From the sequence record OW849071.1: a DNA stretch of 64,000 nt; one strand, written 5' to 3'. This DNA is from a plasmid. Made by a program: the position numbers and the translations under genes. The notes below the pieces were generated by a model. That model saw nothing but the letters and a program-made list of their open reading frames with translations. It did no database searches and was not told the DNA's origin. Shown here piece by piece: positions 9,506 through 18,323 of the stretch (the first letter of the stretch is position 1; each line of letters starts with the position of its first letter).

Positions 9506-10388
9506 TGATATCAACACGGTAAGTATGTTGAATGACACGCTTGATGAAGCCGGTTTTACCGTTCTGGTCGCTCTGGAGGGTAATCAAGCCCTTTCGATAA
9601 CCAGCCAGATAACCCCGGATATCATTCTGCTTGATGCCGTAATGCCGCATCTGGATGGGTTTTCAACCAGTAAGCGCCTGCGGCAAAATCCGGGGCTGCG
9701 GCATACCCCGATTATTTTCATGACAGGCCTGAGTGATACGCAGAATATCGTTGATGCATTTGATGCCGGGGTGGTCGATTACGTAATTAAGCCGATACGC
9801 ACGGAAGAGCTGGTTGTCAGAATGCGTACCCACTTGCGGAACTCAAAATTAACGGTCAGTGCCTATAGCGCGATGGATTCCGTTGGCCAGACCTTATGTG
9901 TTTTTAGCAAAGAGGGGCAACTACGCTGGGCCACGCCCAATGCATGGCAACTGATGAAAAACTTCAGCGATACCGGGTATGAACCCAATAAAAAAATAGT
10001 AAACCGGATCATCGGTTGGCTGAACAATACGGAAGGTTTAAAAATACCCTTAGATCTTTCATCGCAAGGCATCGCTCTGAAATTCTATCTTTCACGCCGG
10101 ACCGCTGAAGGAGAAAGTTTGCTACGTATTGAAGAGATCAAAGGACATGAAGAAGTCGAAGCGGTGAAACGCCTGAAAAACAACCTAGGGCTGACGCAAC
10201 GAGAAGCCGAAGTCCTCCTGTGGATTGCCAGGGGAAAAACAAACCGCGAAATTGGCGATATTTTAAACCTTAGCCCCAGAACCGTGAATAAACACCTTGA
10301 AATTGTATTTCCAAAGCTGAGTGTGGACAATCGCACCGCAGCGGCAGCGTTGGCAATAAATTCGCTATATGCCAGGGAGAAAATGTAG
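9468..10388 (+). CDS. Response regulator with an N-terminal REC domain and a C-terminal LuxR/GerE-type HTH (NarL/FixJ family).
   Basis: MAIAKPTVLIVDDD...LLDAVMPHLDGF is the receiver. The C-terminus LGLTQREAEVLLWIARGKTNREIGDILNLSPRTVNKHLEIVFPKLSV is a LuxR-type HTH. Assuming the start at 9468, it overlaps the kinase stop by 38 nt, which suggests translational coupling. Confidence 0.8.
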   Translation: MAIAKPTVLIVDDDINTVSMLNDTLDEAGFTVLVALEGNQALSITSQITPDIILLDAVMPHLDGFSTSKRLRQNPGLRHTPIIFMTGLSDTQNIVDAFDAGVVDYVIKPIRTEELVVRMRTHLRNSKLTVSAYSAMDSVGQTLCVFSKEGQLRWATPNAWQLMKNFSDTGYEPNKKIVNRIIGWLNNTEGLKIPLDLSSQGIALKFYLSRRTAEGESLLRIEEIKGHEEVEAVKRLKNNLGLTQREAEVLLWIARGKTNREIGDILNLSPRTVNKHLEIVFPKLSVDNRTAAAALAINSLYAREKM

Positions 10389-10392
10389 CGAC

Positions 10393-10955
10393 AATGAGGC
10401 GTATTCGCGCAGACCTGCCCTGACATTTTTATCAGGCAGAACTGGCACCCTCATGTCCACGTCTCCGTCACCTGTGGCGGTATCGATGAGCACGGGAAGT
10501 GGAAGAAAATCAGCTTCCGTAAGGATGCCATGCGCGCCCGCTGGATGTGGAATATCCGCCAGCTTCTGCTGAGCGTCTGGTTCGAAGGCGTGGCCCTGCC
10601 GCTGTCCCTGTCACATATCACCACCGAATCACAATGGCGCAGTCTGATACTGACGGCCGGAGGCGACTACTGGCACGTCTACATGTCAAAAAAGACGGAC
10701 GGTGGCAAAAACACCGTGAAATACCTGGGGCGTTACCTGAAAAAGCCGCCGATAGCGGGCTCCCGGCTGGCGCACTACGCCGGAAGTGCCACGCTGAGCT
10801 TTCGCTACCACGACCACAACACGGGCGAGCTGGCCACAGAGACGCTGACGCAGAGGGACATCGTGGCGCGCCTGAAACAGCACATCCCGGAGAAGTTCTT
10901 CCGTAAGCGTACAGCGAGTGACCTGCCCCCAGGATTAGATACAACCGTCAGTTAG
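10393..10955 (+). pseudogene. IS91-family (HUH-Y2) transposase, 3' fragment.
   Basis: The frame reads ...NWHPHVHVSVTCGGIDEHGKWKKISFRKDAMRARWMWNIRQLLLSVWFEG...YLGRYLKKPPIAGSRL... with an HxH-type motif. There is no N-terminal portion. It begins immediately after the response-regulator stop. Confidence 0.55.
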
Positions 10956-11329
10956 TAAGGTCGGTTTGTTTACCTTCACATTTTACATTTCGCCACCGTG
11001 CTGCAAACTCTGATGGCGTCTGATAATTCAGTGCTGAATGTGGACGACACTCGTTATAATCCTGCCGCCAGTCATTAATGATTTTCCTTGCGTGAACGAT
11101 ATCGCTGAACCAGTGCTCATTCAGGCATTCATCGCGAAATCGTCCGTTAAAGCTCTCAATAAATCCGTTCTGCGTTGGCTTGCCCGGCTGGATTAAGCGC
11201 AACTCAACACCATGCTCAAAAGCCCATTGATCCAGTGCGCGGCAAGTGAACTCCGGCCCCTGGTCAGTTCTTATCGTCGCCGGATAGCCTCGGAACAGTG
11301 CAATGCTGTCCAGAATACGCGTGATCTGA
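10948..11329 (-). pseudogene. IS3-family transposase OrfB (integrase core), 3' fragment, interrupted by IS903.
   Basis: The reverse-strand frame reads ...[74 protein letters not shown]...[14 protein letters not shown]. This is the typical rve-domain C-terminus of IS3-family OrfB. Confidence 0.7.
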
Positions 11330-12385
11330 GGCTTTGTTGAATAAATCAGCTTCAGGACGAGTGACTCTGTAACTGACCGGGTTTTCAGGCAATACGCACG
11401 CTTTCTGGCATACCAGCCTTCGTTATTTTATTCAGCGCACGCACCATGCCCAAAGCCTCTACTACCTGACCATCGTAATCACACAGCGTCAGTGAACCTC
11501 CGAACAGTTGCTTTACCCTGTACATGGCCGTCTCCGCTATCGAGCGACGGTTGTAATCTGTTGTCCATTTCCACCGGGCATTACTCCCGGTCAGCCGCTG
11601 ATTCGCTACTGCACGGTTACGGTCTGCGTACTCTACGGGCCAGTAACCCGCTCCTTTTCGGGGCGGGATGAGGGCACTGATTTTCTTGCGCCGCAGTTCA
11701 TCGTGACAGAGTCGGGTGTCGTAAGCGCCGTCTGCTGCGGCTGCCCTGATTTTTCTGTGTGTCTGCCGGATAAGACCCGGGAAAGCTTCTGAGTCCGTGA
11801 CGTTGTTCAGAGACAGGTCCGCGCAGATGACTTCATGTGTTCTGCTGTCAACGGCCAGATGCAGCTTCCGCCAGGTACGACGGCGCTCTTTGCCGTGATT
11901 TTTGACTTTCCATTTGCCTTCACCAAAAACCTTCAGCCCGGTGGAATCAATCACCAGGTGTGCGATTTCACCCCGGGTGGGTGTTTTGAAACAGACATTA
12001 ACCGACTTTGCCCGCTTGCTGACACTGCTGTAATCCGGGCAGCGCAACGGAACGTTCATCAGGGCAAAAATGGAATCAATAAAACCCTGCGCAGCCCGCA
12101 GGGTCAGCCGGAACAGGCGTTTAATCATCAGGACGGTGGTGATGGCAAGGTCAGAATAGCGCTGAGGTCTTCCCCGTGATGAAGGCGTTGCCGACTCATA
12201 CCAGGCATGAATCGCTTCATCGTCCAGCCAGAAAGTGAGGGAGCCACGGTTGATGAGGGCTTTGTTGTAGGTGGGCCAGTTGGTGATTTTGAACTTTTGC
12301 TTTGCCACGGAACGGTCTGTGTTGTCGGGAGGATGCGTGATCTGATCCTTCAACTCAGCAAAAGTTCGATTTATTCAACAAAGCC
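11330..12385 (-). mobile_element. IS903-type element (IS5 family), copy 1, 1056 bp.
   Basis: Terminal 18-bp inverted repeats are ggctttgttgaataaatc (11330-11347) and gatttattcaacaaagcc (12368-12385). It encloses the IS903 transposase ORF. The 9-bp flanks do not match (gtgatctga vs gtttgaccg). Confidence 0.85.
11385..12353 (-). CDS. IS903 (IS5-family) transposase.
   Basis: [53 protein letters not shown]...[10 protein letters not shown], essentially the canonical IS903 Tnp as I recall it. Confidence 0.85.
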   Translation of the reverse strand: MKDQITHPPDNTDRSVAKQKFKITNWPTYNKALINRGSLTFWLDDEAIHAWYESATPSSRGRPQRYSDLAITTVLMIKRLFRLTLRAAQGFIDSIFALMNVPLRCPDYSSVSKRAKSVNVCFKTPTRGEIAHLVIDSTGLKVFGEGKWKVKNHGKERRRTWRKLHLAVDSRTHEVICADLSLNNVTDSEAFPGLIRQTHRKIRAAAADGAYDTRLCHDELRRKKISALIPPRKGAGYWPVEYADRNRAVANQRLTGSNARWKWTTDYNRRSIAETAMYRVKQLFGGSLTLCDYDGQVVEALGMVRALNKITKAGMPESVRIA

Positions 12386-12514
12386 GTTTGACCGTATCAT
12401 TCTTAGCCAAATGCGCTAAGGCTAAAATTTAGTATGAGTAGTGATAAGCACTTTTCCTCAACAGGAAAATATCAACCTCCGTTTGCTTAATGAAGGTCTG
12501 CTTATCGCTCACAA

Positions 12515-13903
12515 CTGCCCGTCATGCCAGCTCAAAAAACAGGCTTAACGTAGGATATTTAATGAGATGGTCACTCCCTCCTTCCCAGTACTATGCTGAG
12601 GACAGGCTTTCATTCGGAGAACCATCATGGAAAACATTGCGCTTATTGGTATCGATCTGGGTAAGAACTCTTTCCATATTCATTGTCAGGATCATCGTGG
12701 GAAGGCCGTTTACCGTAAAAAATTCACCCGACCAAAGCTAATCGAATTTCTGGCGACATGCCCGGCAACAACCATCGCGATGGAAGCCTGTGGCGGTTCT
12801 CACTTTATGGCACGCAAGCTGGAAGAGTTAGGGCATTTTCCAAAGCTGATATCACCGCAATTTGTCCGCCCATTCGTTAAAAGCAACAAAAATGACTTCG
12901 TTGATGCTGAAGCTATCTGTGAAGCAGCATCACGTCCATCTATGCGTTTCGTGCAGCCCAGAACCGAATCTCAGCAGGCAATGCGAGCTCTGCATCGTGT
13001 CCGTGAATCCCTGGTTCAGGATAAGGTGAAAACAACTAATCAGATGCATGCTTTTCTGCTGGAATTTGGTATCAGCGTTCCGCGAGGTGCTGCCGTTATT
13101 AGTCGACTGAGTACCCTTCTTGAGGACAGTAGTTTGCCTCTTTATCTCAGCCAGTTACTGCTGAAATTACAACAGCATTATCACTATCTTGTTGAGCAGA
13201 TTAAAGATCTGGAATCTCAGTTGAAACGAAAGTTGGACGAAGATGAGGTTGGACAGCGCTTGCTGAGTATTCCCTGCGTTGGAACGCTGACTGCCAGTAC
13301 TATTTCAACTGAGATTGGCGACGGGAAGCAGTACGCCAGCAGCCGTGACTTTGCGGCGGCAACAGGGCTGGTACCCCGACAGTACAGCACGGGAGGTCGG
13401 ACGACATTGTTAGGGATTAGCAAGCGGGGCAACAAAAAGATCCGAACTTTGTTGGTTCAGTGTGCCAGGGTATTCATACAAAAACTGGAACACCAGTCTG
13501 GCAAGTTGGCCGACTGGGTCAGGGAGTTGTTGTGTCGGAAAAGCAACTTTGTCGTCACCTGTGCTCTGGCAAACAAGCTGGCCAGAATAGCCTGGGCACT
13601 GACGGCGCGACAGCAAACTTACGAAGCATAAAGGCAGAAATACACCAGTTTAAACAATCATTCATCTGGTTTTGCGAATACTGATATTGATGATACTAAC
13701 GGCCCACCGGCCTGTTGAGGAACCTGTAAAACGGAAAGGCTCATTGAAGCCGTATATTTTCTGGAGGTTCATCAGGCGCGGAACTCATCGAGGCGCGGGA
13801 ATAAAATCCCATTCAGACGCCGGATAGATTCAAGCAAGCCAACTTGTCGTCAAAATCGGTGTTGCAAAAACGGGAGTGACCATAGATTCCGTTTTCCAAG
13901 CGG
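12515..13903 (+). mobile_element. IS110-family (IS1111 subgroup; IS4321/IS5075-like) element copy 1 together with conserved target-derived flanks.
   Basis: A 1389-bp segment is identical to 33516-34904 in inverted orientation. It encodes a 334-aa IS110-family transposase. The reverse strand of the right flank reads GGGGTCCGCTTGGAAAACGGAATCTATGGTCACTCCCG, a GGGG-led 38-bp Tn3-family inverted-repeat-like sequence. Confidence 0.7.
12627..13631 (+). CDS. IS110-family transposase (IS4321/IS5075-like).
   Basis: MENIALIGIDLGKNSFHIHCQD... The N-terminal DEDD-type RuvC-like domain with MEACG and a C-terminal transposase_20 region are recognised at family level. The protein is identical to that of ORF 33792..34796. 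Confidence 0.8.
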   Translation: MENIALIGIDLGKNSFHIHCQDHRGKAVYRKKFTRPKLIEFLATCPATTIAMEACGGSHFMARKLEELGHFPKLISPQFVRPFVKSNKNDFVDAEAICEAASRPSMRFVQPRTESQQAMRALHRVRESLVQDKVKTTNQMHAFLLEFGISVPRGAAVISRLSTLLEDSSLPLYLSQLLLKLQQHYHYLVEQIKDLESQLKRKLDEDEVGQRLLSIPCVGTLTASTISTEIGDGKQYASSRDFAAATGLVPRQYSTGGRTTLLGISKRGNKKIRTLLVQCARVFIQKLEHQSGKLADWVRELLCRKSNFVVTCALANKLARIAWALTARQQTYEA

Positions 13904-14350
13904 ACCCCTATCAAAGGATTAATCTGTCGACCATCGTCATCAAAAGCAGCATCGAGACTGGAGCGTGAAAGATAAATGCCGTTTATGCTGTCATTCAGGG
14001 TAACTGCATAGTCGGTAGTTCCAGCACATATCTTTCGCCGTTTCCAGAGCATGGGTCAACCGGAACAGGTCATTCTGCGCAGACAACTCCCCGGAGCTGG
14101 AACGCCAGAGGTAGTTCAGCTTACGGGCCAGTTTAGCATTGACGCCCAGCTGTCGGCCCTGTTTCAGAAGCCACTCGATGTCAGGGGCCACGTCACGCGA
14201 AAAACGACGTTGCTTCAGTGCTGTCGCCAGCCAGCGGGTGAGAAAGAGATTTTCCTGTACCGGTGACACAACGTCACCGTTTTGCCTGGCTAACGCCAGC
14301 GCCACCAAGGCGCACCACGCCAAATGTGCTGATTTTTCTGTCAGATTCAC
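13813..14350 (-). pseudogene. Frameshifted/truncated paralog of the 203-aa hypothetical protein at 62147..62758.
   Basis: ORF 13991..14350 (MNLTEKSAHLAWCALVALALARQ...) and ORF 13813..14052 (...YAVTLNDSINGIYLSRSSLDAAFDDDGRQINPL...) align to successive parts of MTLTEKTGHLAWCALVALALARQ...YALVLNPGVNGVYLLRTNLDAAFDDNGQQTNPL. The reading frame runs on into the IS110-flank inverted-repeat sequence. Confidence 0.6.
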
Positions 14351-14855
14351 TGGGGAGTTTTTTCCTTTGTTTTGGGAGCTGAATATATCTTAACCGGAAG
14401 CGGGTTTCATCCGGAACCGTAGCCCCTGAACTGAACATCAGGTCCGGACTGGCGAGCAGTGCGCAGCCAGTCTTCTGAATGCCGCTTTGCGGCATGGAGG
14501 CGCCAGATGAGGTTACATGCGTCTGTGGAGTCAAATGGCGCCGAAAGCCCGACGTAGCCGGTTACCGGACTATAAATTCTGCCCGTTTGCCCCCTGTCCT
14601 GGTTAGCTCTACCCCGCTATCTCGCCCTTTCGGGCGAGGTGTAGTCAAGGACACTCCGGTCCGGCGCTGGTTTGATCGCCGGGTTTTAAGGGATGTGGTG
14701 ATATACGGATCCGTCTCCTATCTTCCGAATCTCGCGTAAGCGTTAACGTCAACCAACGCATCACTAGGGCTACGTCACTTGTGGCTCGTTGATGTTATGA
14801 GGTTGCCGTGTCTTCTGCGCTTTCCCCCTCCAACCCCACCAGGACAACTTCCCGC

Positions 14856-14960
14856 TGGGGCTTGTACGTCAGCATTGTGCTGATTGGCGCGAATCTGCGC
14901 GCCCCCATTACGAGCCTCGGGCCGGTTCTTCCCGATATTCAACGCGCCTTACACCTCGGA
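14856..14960 (+). pseudogene. Remnant of a CynX/YeaN-family MFS transporter N-terminus.
   Basis: WGLYVSIVLIGANLRAPITSLGPVLPDIQRAL resembles the CynX N-terminus (VLIGLNMRPLLTSVGPLLPQLRQ). No MFS-like sequence follows. Confidence 0.35.
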
Positions 14961-15590
14961 GGTCTTGGGGCGGAAGCAGCTGGCACCGACGGCAAACATC
15001 TCCAATTCAATGCGCAGCTGGCGACAAACCATTTCCATCAATTAGGGCTGGCCGCCTTGTGAATTCCAGAAAACGATCTTGCGAATACCTGTGCGCCAGG
15101 CGCTTTTAGCCATTTCAAAACACACTTTCCCCAGAACATCATATGGCAACGAAAGTGTGTCAGGGTAAGCTAGGTGTTCGTCAGATTTACCTACAGGCAA
15201 AGTGGCCAACACCAGCATGGTAAATTGGCAGGCAGTAATTCTGCAGCTCGCTCAATAATGCTGGCATTAATGGCAGCAAACACCCGAACCAGCAGATGAG
15301 GTCCGTGTTGTTCTACGGCGCAAATAGGTAGTACTGCGACGATATTCGCCATATCCAGTTTACTGAATTCCCGCGTGGTGAGATCACACCACTAGGGAGA
15401 AGACGGTTTAAGCATGTTTACCTCCGGTTTTGTCTAACAATAAAAGATACGGTACGTTGCATTTAGGGCATTTTAGACCGGCTCTATGTCCTGCTATGTG
15501 CTAACTTTTCCAGTTTAATGGCCTCTCGTCGGGTTGTGTAGCAACAGTGTCGCCACCGGCGGAAATCCGCCGGTTTGAATGCTTTTTTGT

Positions 15591-17324
15591 TCAGCAGGCG
15601 ACGAGGTGCCCGTCGCCAAAATCGGTAAAGCGCTGCGGTACTCTCTGATAGCCGATGGGTTTGATCGGTTCTGGTCTTATCGGCATTGCGCTGGTGGCTC
15701 GGGGTTGCCGTCTTTGCTGAACGTCAGGTATAGGAACGGCGCTGAGCAAGTGCTGAGTATAAGGATGCTGCGGATGGTGCAACACTCGATCTCGTGGGCC
15801 GATCTCCACGAGCTGGCCGCCAAACATCACCGCTACCCGGTGGCAGATGCGCTCCACCACCGCCATATCATGGGAAATAAACAGATAGCTGAGCCGATAG
15901 CGCTGACGCAAATCTTCCAGCAGCGTCAGCACCTGCGCCTGTACTGAAACATCCAGCGCGGAAACCGATTCATCGGCGATGATCACTTTCGGGTTCAGCG
16001 CCAGCGCGCGGGCAATGCAAATGCGCTGGCGCTGGCCGCCGGAAAACTGGTGCGGATAACGCCGCATCGCTTCCGCTGGCAGGCCGACCTGCTGCAATAG
16101 CTGCGCCACCCGCTCCGTGCGCTGTACTGCGGGCATCTGCTCATGAATCAGCAGCGGCTCCCCAACCAGGTCGAAAATAGTTTTGCGCGGATTGAGCGCC
16201 GCCCAGGGATCCTGAAACACCATCTGCAAATCGCGGCGTACCGCTCTTAACGCCTCGTCCTTCAGGCCGTGCAGCTCCTGTCCGTTAAGCTGCGCGCTGC
16301 CGCTAAATGGCACCATATTCATCAGAGCTTTTGCCGTCGTCGATTTACCGCAGCCGCTTTCACCGACGATGCCCAACGTCTCGCCGGGGAAAAGATCGAA
16401 GCTGACGCCATCGACGGCATGGACTTCGCGACGCACGCGCAGGCCGTCGCCGCGCACCGGAAAGCGCACGCTGAGGTCGCGGACGCTGAGCAACGGTCGC
16501 GTCGCCTCGACCGGCGCCAGCGCGGGCGCCTGGCCCAGCACCGGTACCGCCTGCAACAGCTGGCGGGTATAAGCCGCCTGCGGCGAGGTAAACAGCGTTT
16601 TTGCCGGAGCCTGCTCCATGATTTTGCCGTGACTCATAACCAGCACATCATCGGCCATTTCTGCCACCACTCCCATATCGTGGGTGATCAACAGCAGGCT
16701 GGTGGAAAACGCCTGCTGCAGTTCGCGCATCAACTCGAGGATCTGCGCCTGAATAGTGACGTCGAGGGCCGTGGTCGGCTCATCGGCAATCAGCACCTGT
16801 GGCTGGCACAGCATTGCCATGGCGATCATCACCCGCTGGCGCATACCGCCGGAAAGCTCGTGCGGATACTGTTGCAGGCGCTTCTCCACATGACTGATTT
16901 TGACCGCGTCCAGCATCGTGCTGACCCGGCTGCGCCGTTCACGGCGGCCCAGCACTTCGTGGCGTTGCAGCGTCTCTTCCAGCTGCTGGCCCACCGTCAT
17001 CAGCGGATTGAGCGAGGTCATCGGTTCCTGAAAAATCATGGCAACCGACTTGCCGCGCAGCAACTGCATTTGCCGCTCCGGCAGGCTGAGCAAATCCTGG
17101 TTATCAAAAATAATCGCGCCGCCTGGAATCTGTGCCTCCTCCGGAAGCAAACCCATGATCGCCAGCGAAGTCAGCGATTTACCGCTGCCCGACTCGCCGG
17201 CAATGCACAGAGTTTTTCCCGGCCAGAGCGCAAAGCTGACGTCATCCACCACCCGCTGTGTACCAAACTGGATCGACAGGCGCTCGACCGAGAGCAGCGG
17301 CGCCGGAAATAGGACTGCTGACAT
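15591..17324 (-). CDS. ABC transporter ATP-binding protein with two fused ATPase domains (DppD/DppF- or GsiA-like).
   Basis: Two Walker A motifs (GESGSGKS; GESGCGKST), two signature motifs (LSGGMRQR; FSGGQRQR) and two Walker B motifs. The start is taken as [11 protein letters not shown] at 17324, preceded by an AGGAG ribosome-binding site. Confidence 0.8.
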   Translation of the reverse strand: MSAVLFPAPLLSVERLSIQFGTQRVVDDVSFALWPGKTLCIAGESGSGKSLTSLAIMGLLPEEAQIPGGAIIFDNQDLLSLPERQMQLLRGKSVAMIFQEPMTSLNPLMTVGQQLEETLQRHEVLGRRERRSRVSTMLDAVKISHVEKRLQQYPHELSGGMRQRVMIAMAMLCQPQVLIADEPTTALDVTIQAQILELMRELQQAFSTSLLLITHDMGVVAEMADDVLVMSHGKIMEQAPAKTLFTSPQAAYTRQLLQAVPVLGQAPALAPVEATRPLLSVRDLSVRFPVRGDGLRVRREVHAVDGVSFDLFPGETLGIVGESGCGKSTTAKALMNMVPFSGSAQLNGQELHGLKDEALRAVRRDLQMVFQDPWAALNPRKTIFDLVGEPLLIHEQMPAVQRTERVAQLLQQVGLPAEAMRRYPHQFSGGQRQRICIARALALNPKVIIADESVSALDVSVQAQVLTLLEDLRQRYRLSYLFISHDMAVVERICHRVAVMFGGQLVEIGPRDRVLHHPQHPYTQHLLSAVPIPDVQQRRQPRATSAMPIRPEPIKPIGYQRVPQRFTDFGDGHLVAC

Positions 17325-17331
17325 AACGCTC

Positions 17332-18279
17332 CTAATTAAACACGCTGTTGGGAAAATAGAACGACACCACCCAGTTAGGCCGATCGACGATTTCGCTGAT
17401 GCGCAGATCGCCGCACACGGAGCAGAGCATATAGGCCTCTTCCGCCGACATCCCTTGTTCGCGGCACAGCGCATCGATGGTATAGCTTACCGCGTCGCGG
17501 GCGGCGGTCATCAGGTCAGGGCCAATGCCGGTGAAGGCGCTGTAGCCGTGCCGATCCAGATGTTGGGTCACTGGGCCAGGGGTGGCGAAACGCGGCGTTT
17601 TCAGCGGCATATCTTTAACCACTTCCAGCTTCACCACCACGTCCATCGCGCTTTCAATCGCCGTGCCGCAGACTTCACCATCGCCCTGCGCGGCGTGGGT
17701 GTCACCAATAGAAAACAACGCGCCTTCTACTTCCACCGGTAGCCATAATGTGCAGCCAGCGGCCAGATCGCGAATATCCAGATTGCCGCCCACGCGGCGC
17801 GGCGGCACCACCGAATGATGGCCCGCGGCAGCGGGAGCGACGCCGAGGGTACCGGCGAAGGGTTTCAGCGGTACGCGGCCATATCGGCCAAAGGCGCAGG
17901 GGGTTAAGCCCTGGCGGTCATATTGCCACAGCGTCAGCGCCGGATCAGAAAACTGATCGGCCAGCAGGCCGAAGCCCGGGATATTCGCAGTCCAGCCAAA
18001 GCCGCTGGGACGAAAGGATTCCAGCGTCACCTTTAGCGCATCGCCCGGCTGAGCGCCTTCCACATAGACCGGGCCACTGACCGGGTTGAGCTTATCAAAC
18101 GGCAGCGTTGGGATATCCGCTGCGGTAGAACCGGCGTTGAACCAGCCGTTAGCCGCATCCAGGCAGTGAAACTCCAGTTGGCTGCCGGAAGCTACGTGCA
18201 GGACCGGGCTCAGGCTGTTATCCCAGCCGAAATGATGTTGAGCATGATGAATGGTCTTCACCAGACAATTTTGGCACAT
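17332..18279 (-). CDS. Acetamidase/formamidase-family (FmdA_AmdA) amide hydrolase.
   Basis: 315 aa, identified by family-level resemblance to FmdA/AmdA-type amidases. It is embedded between the substrate-binding protein and the ATPase of the ABC operon. Confidence 0.65.
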   Translation of the reverse strand: MCQNCLVKTIHHAQHHFGWDNSLSPVLHVASGSQLEFHCLDAANGWFNAGSTAADIPTLPFDKLNPVSGPVYVEGAQPGDALKVTLESFRPSGFGWTANIPGFGLLADQFSDPALTLWQYDRQGLTPCAFGRYGRVPLKPFAGTLGVAPAAAGHHSVVPPRRVGGNLDIRDLAAGCTLWLPVEVEGALFSIGDTHAAQGDGEVCGTAIESAMDVVVKLEVVKDMPLKTPRFATPGPVTQHLDRHGYSAFTGIGPDLMTAARDAVSYTIDALCREQGMSAEEAYMLCSVCGDLRISEIVDRPNWVVSFYFPNSVFN

Positions 18280-18323
18280 CCTGACTCTCCTTTAAGCAGC
18301 GGCGCCGTCCCGGCGCCATCAAA

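Noticed and set aside
16269-17312. A 347-aa ORF on the plus strand, together with similar long antisense ORFs at 18360..19655, 44047..45042, 45954..46916, 50323..50994 and 51463..52446.
   Set aside because: All lie entirely antisense within strongly supported genes (the ABC ATPase, the substrate-binding protein, pgm, glgP, glgB). They are Arg/His/Gln-rich low-complexity translations, typical of GC-rich antisense frames, with no independent signals.
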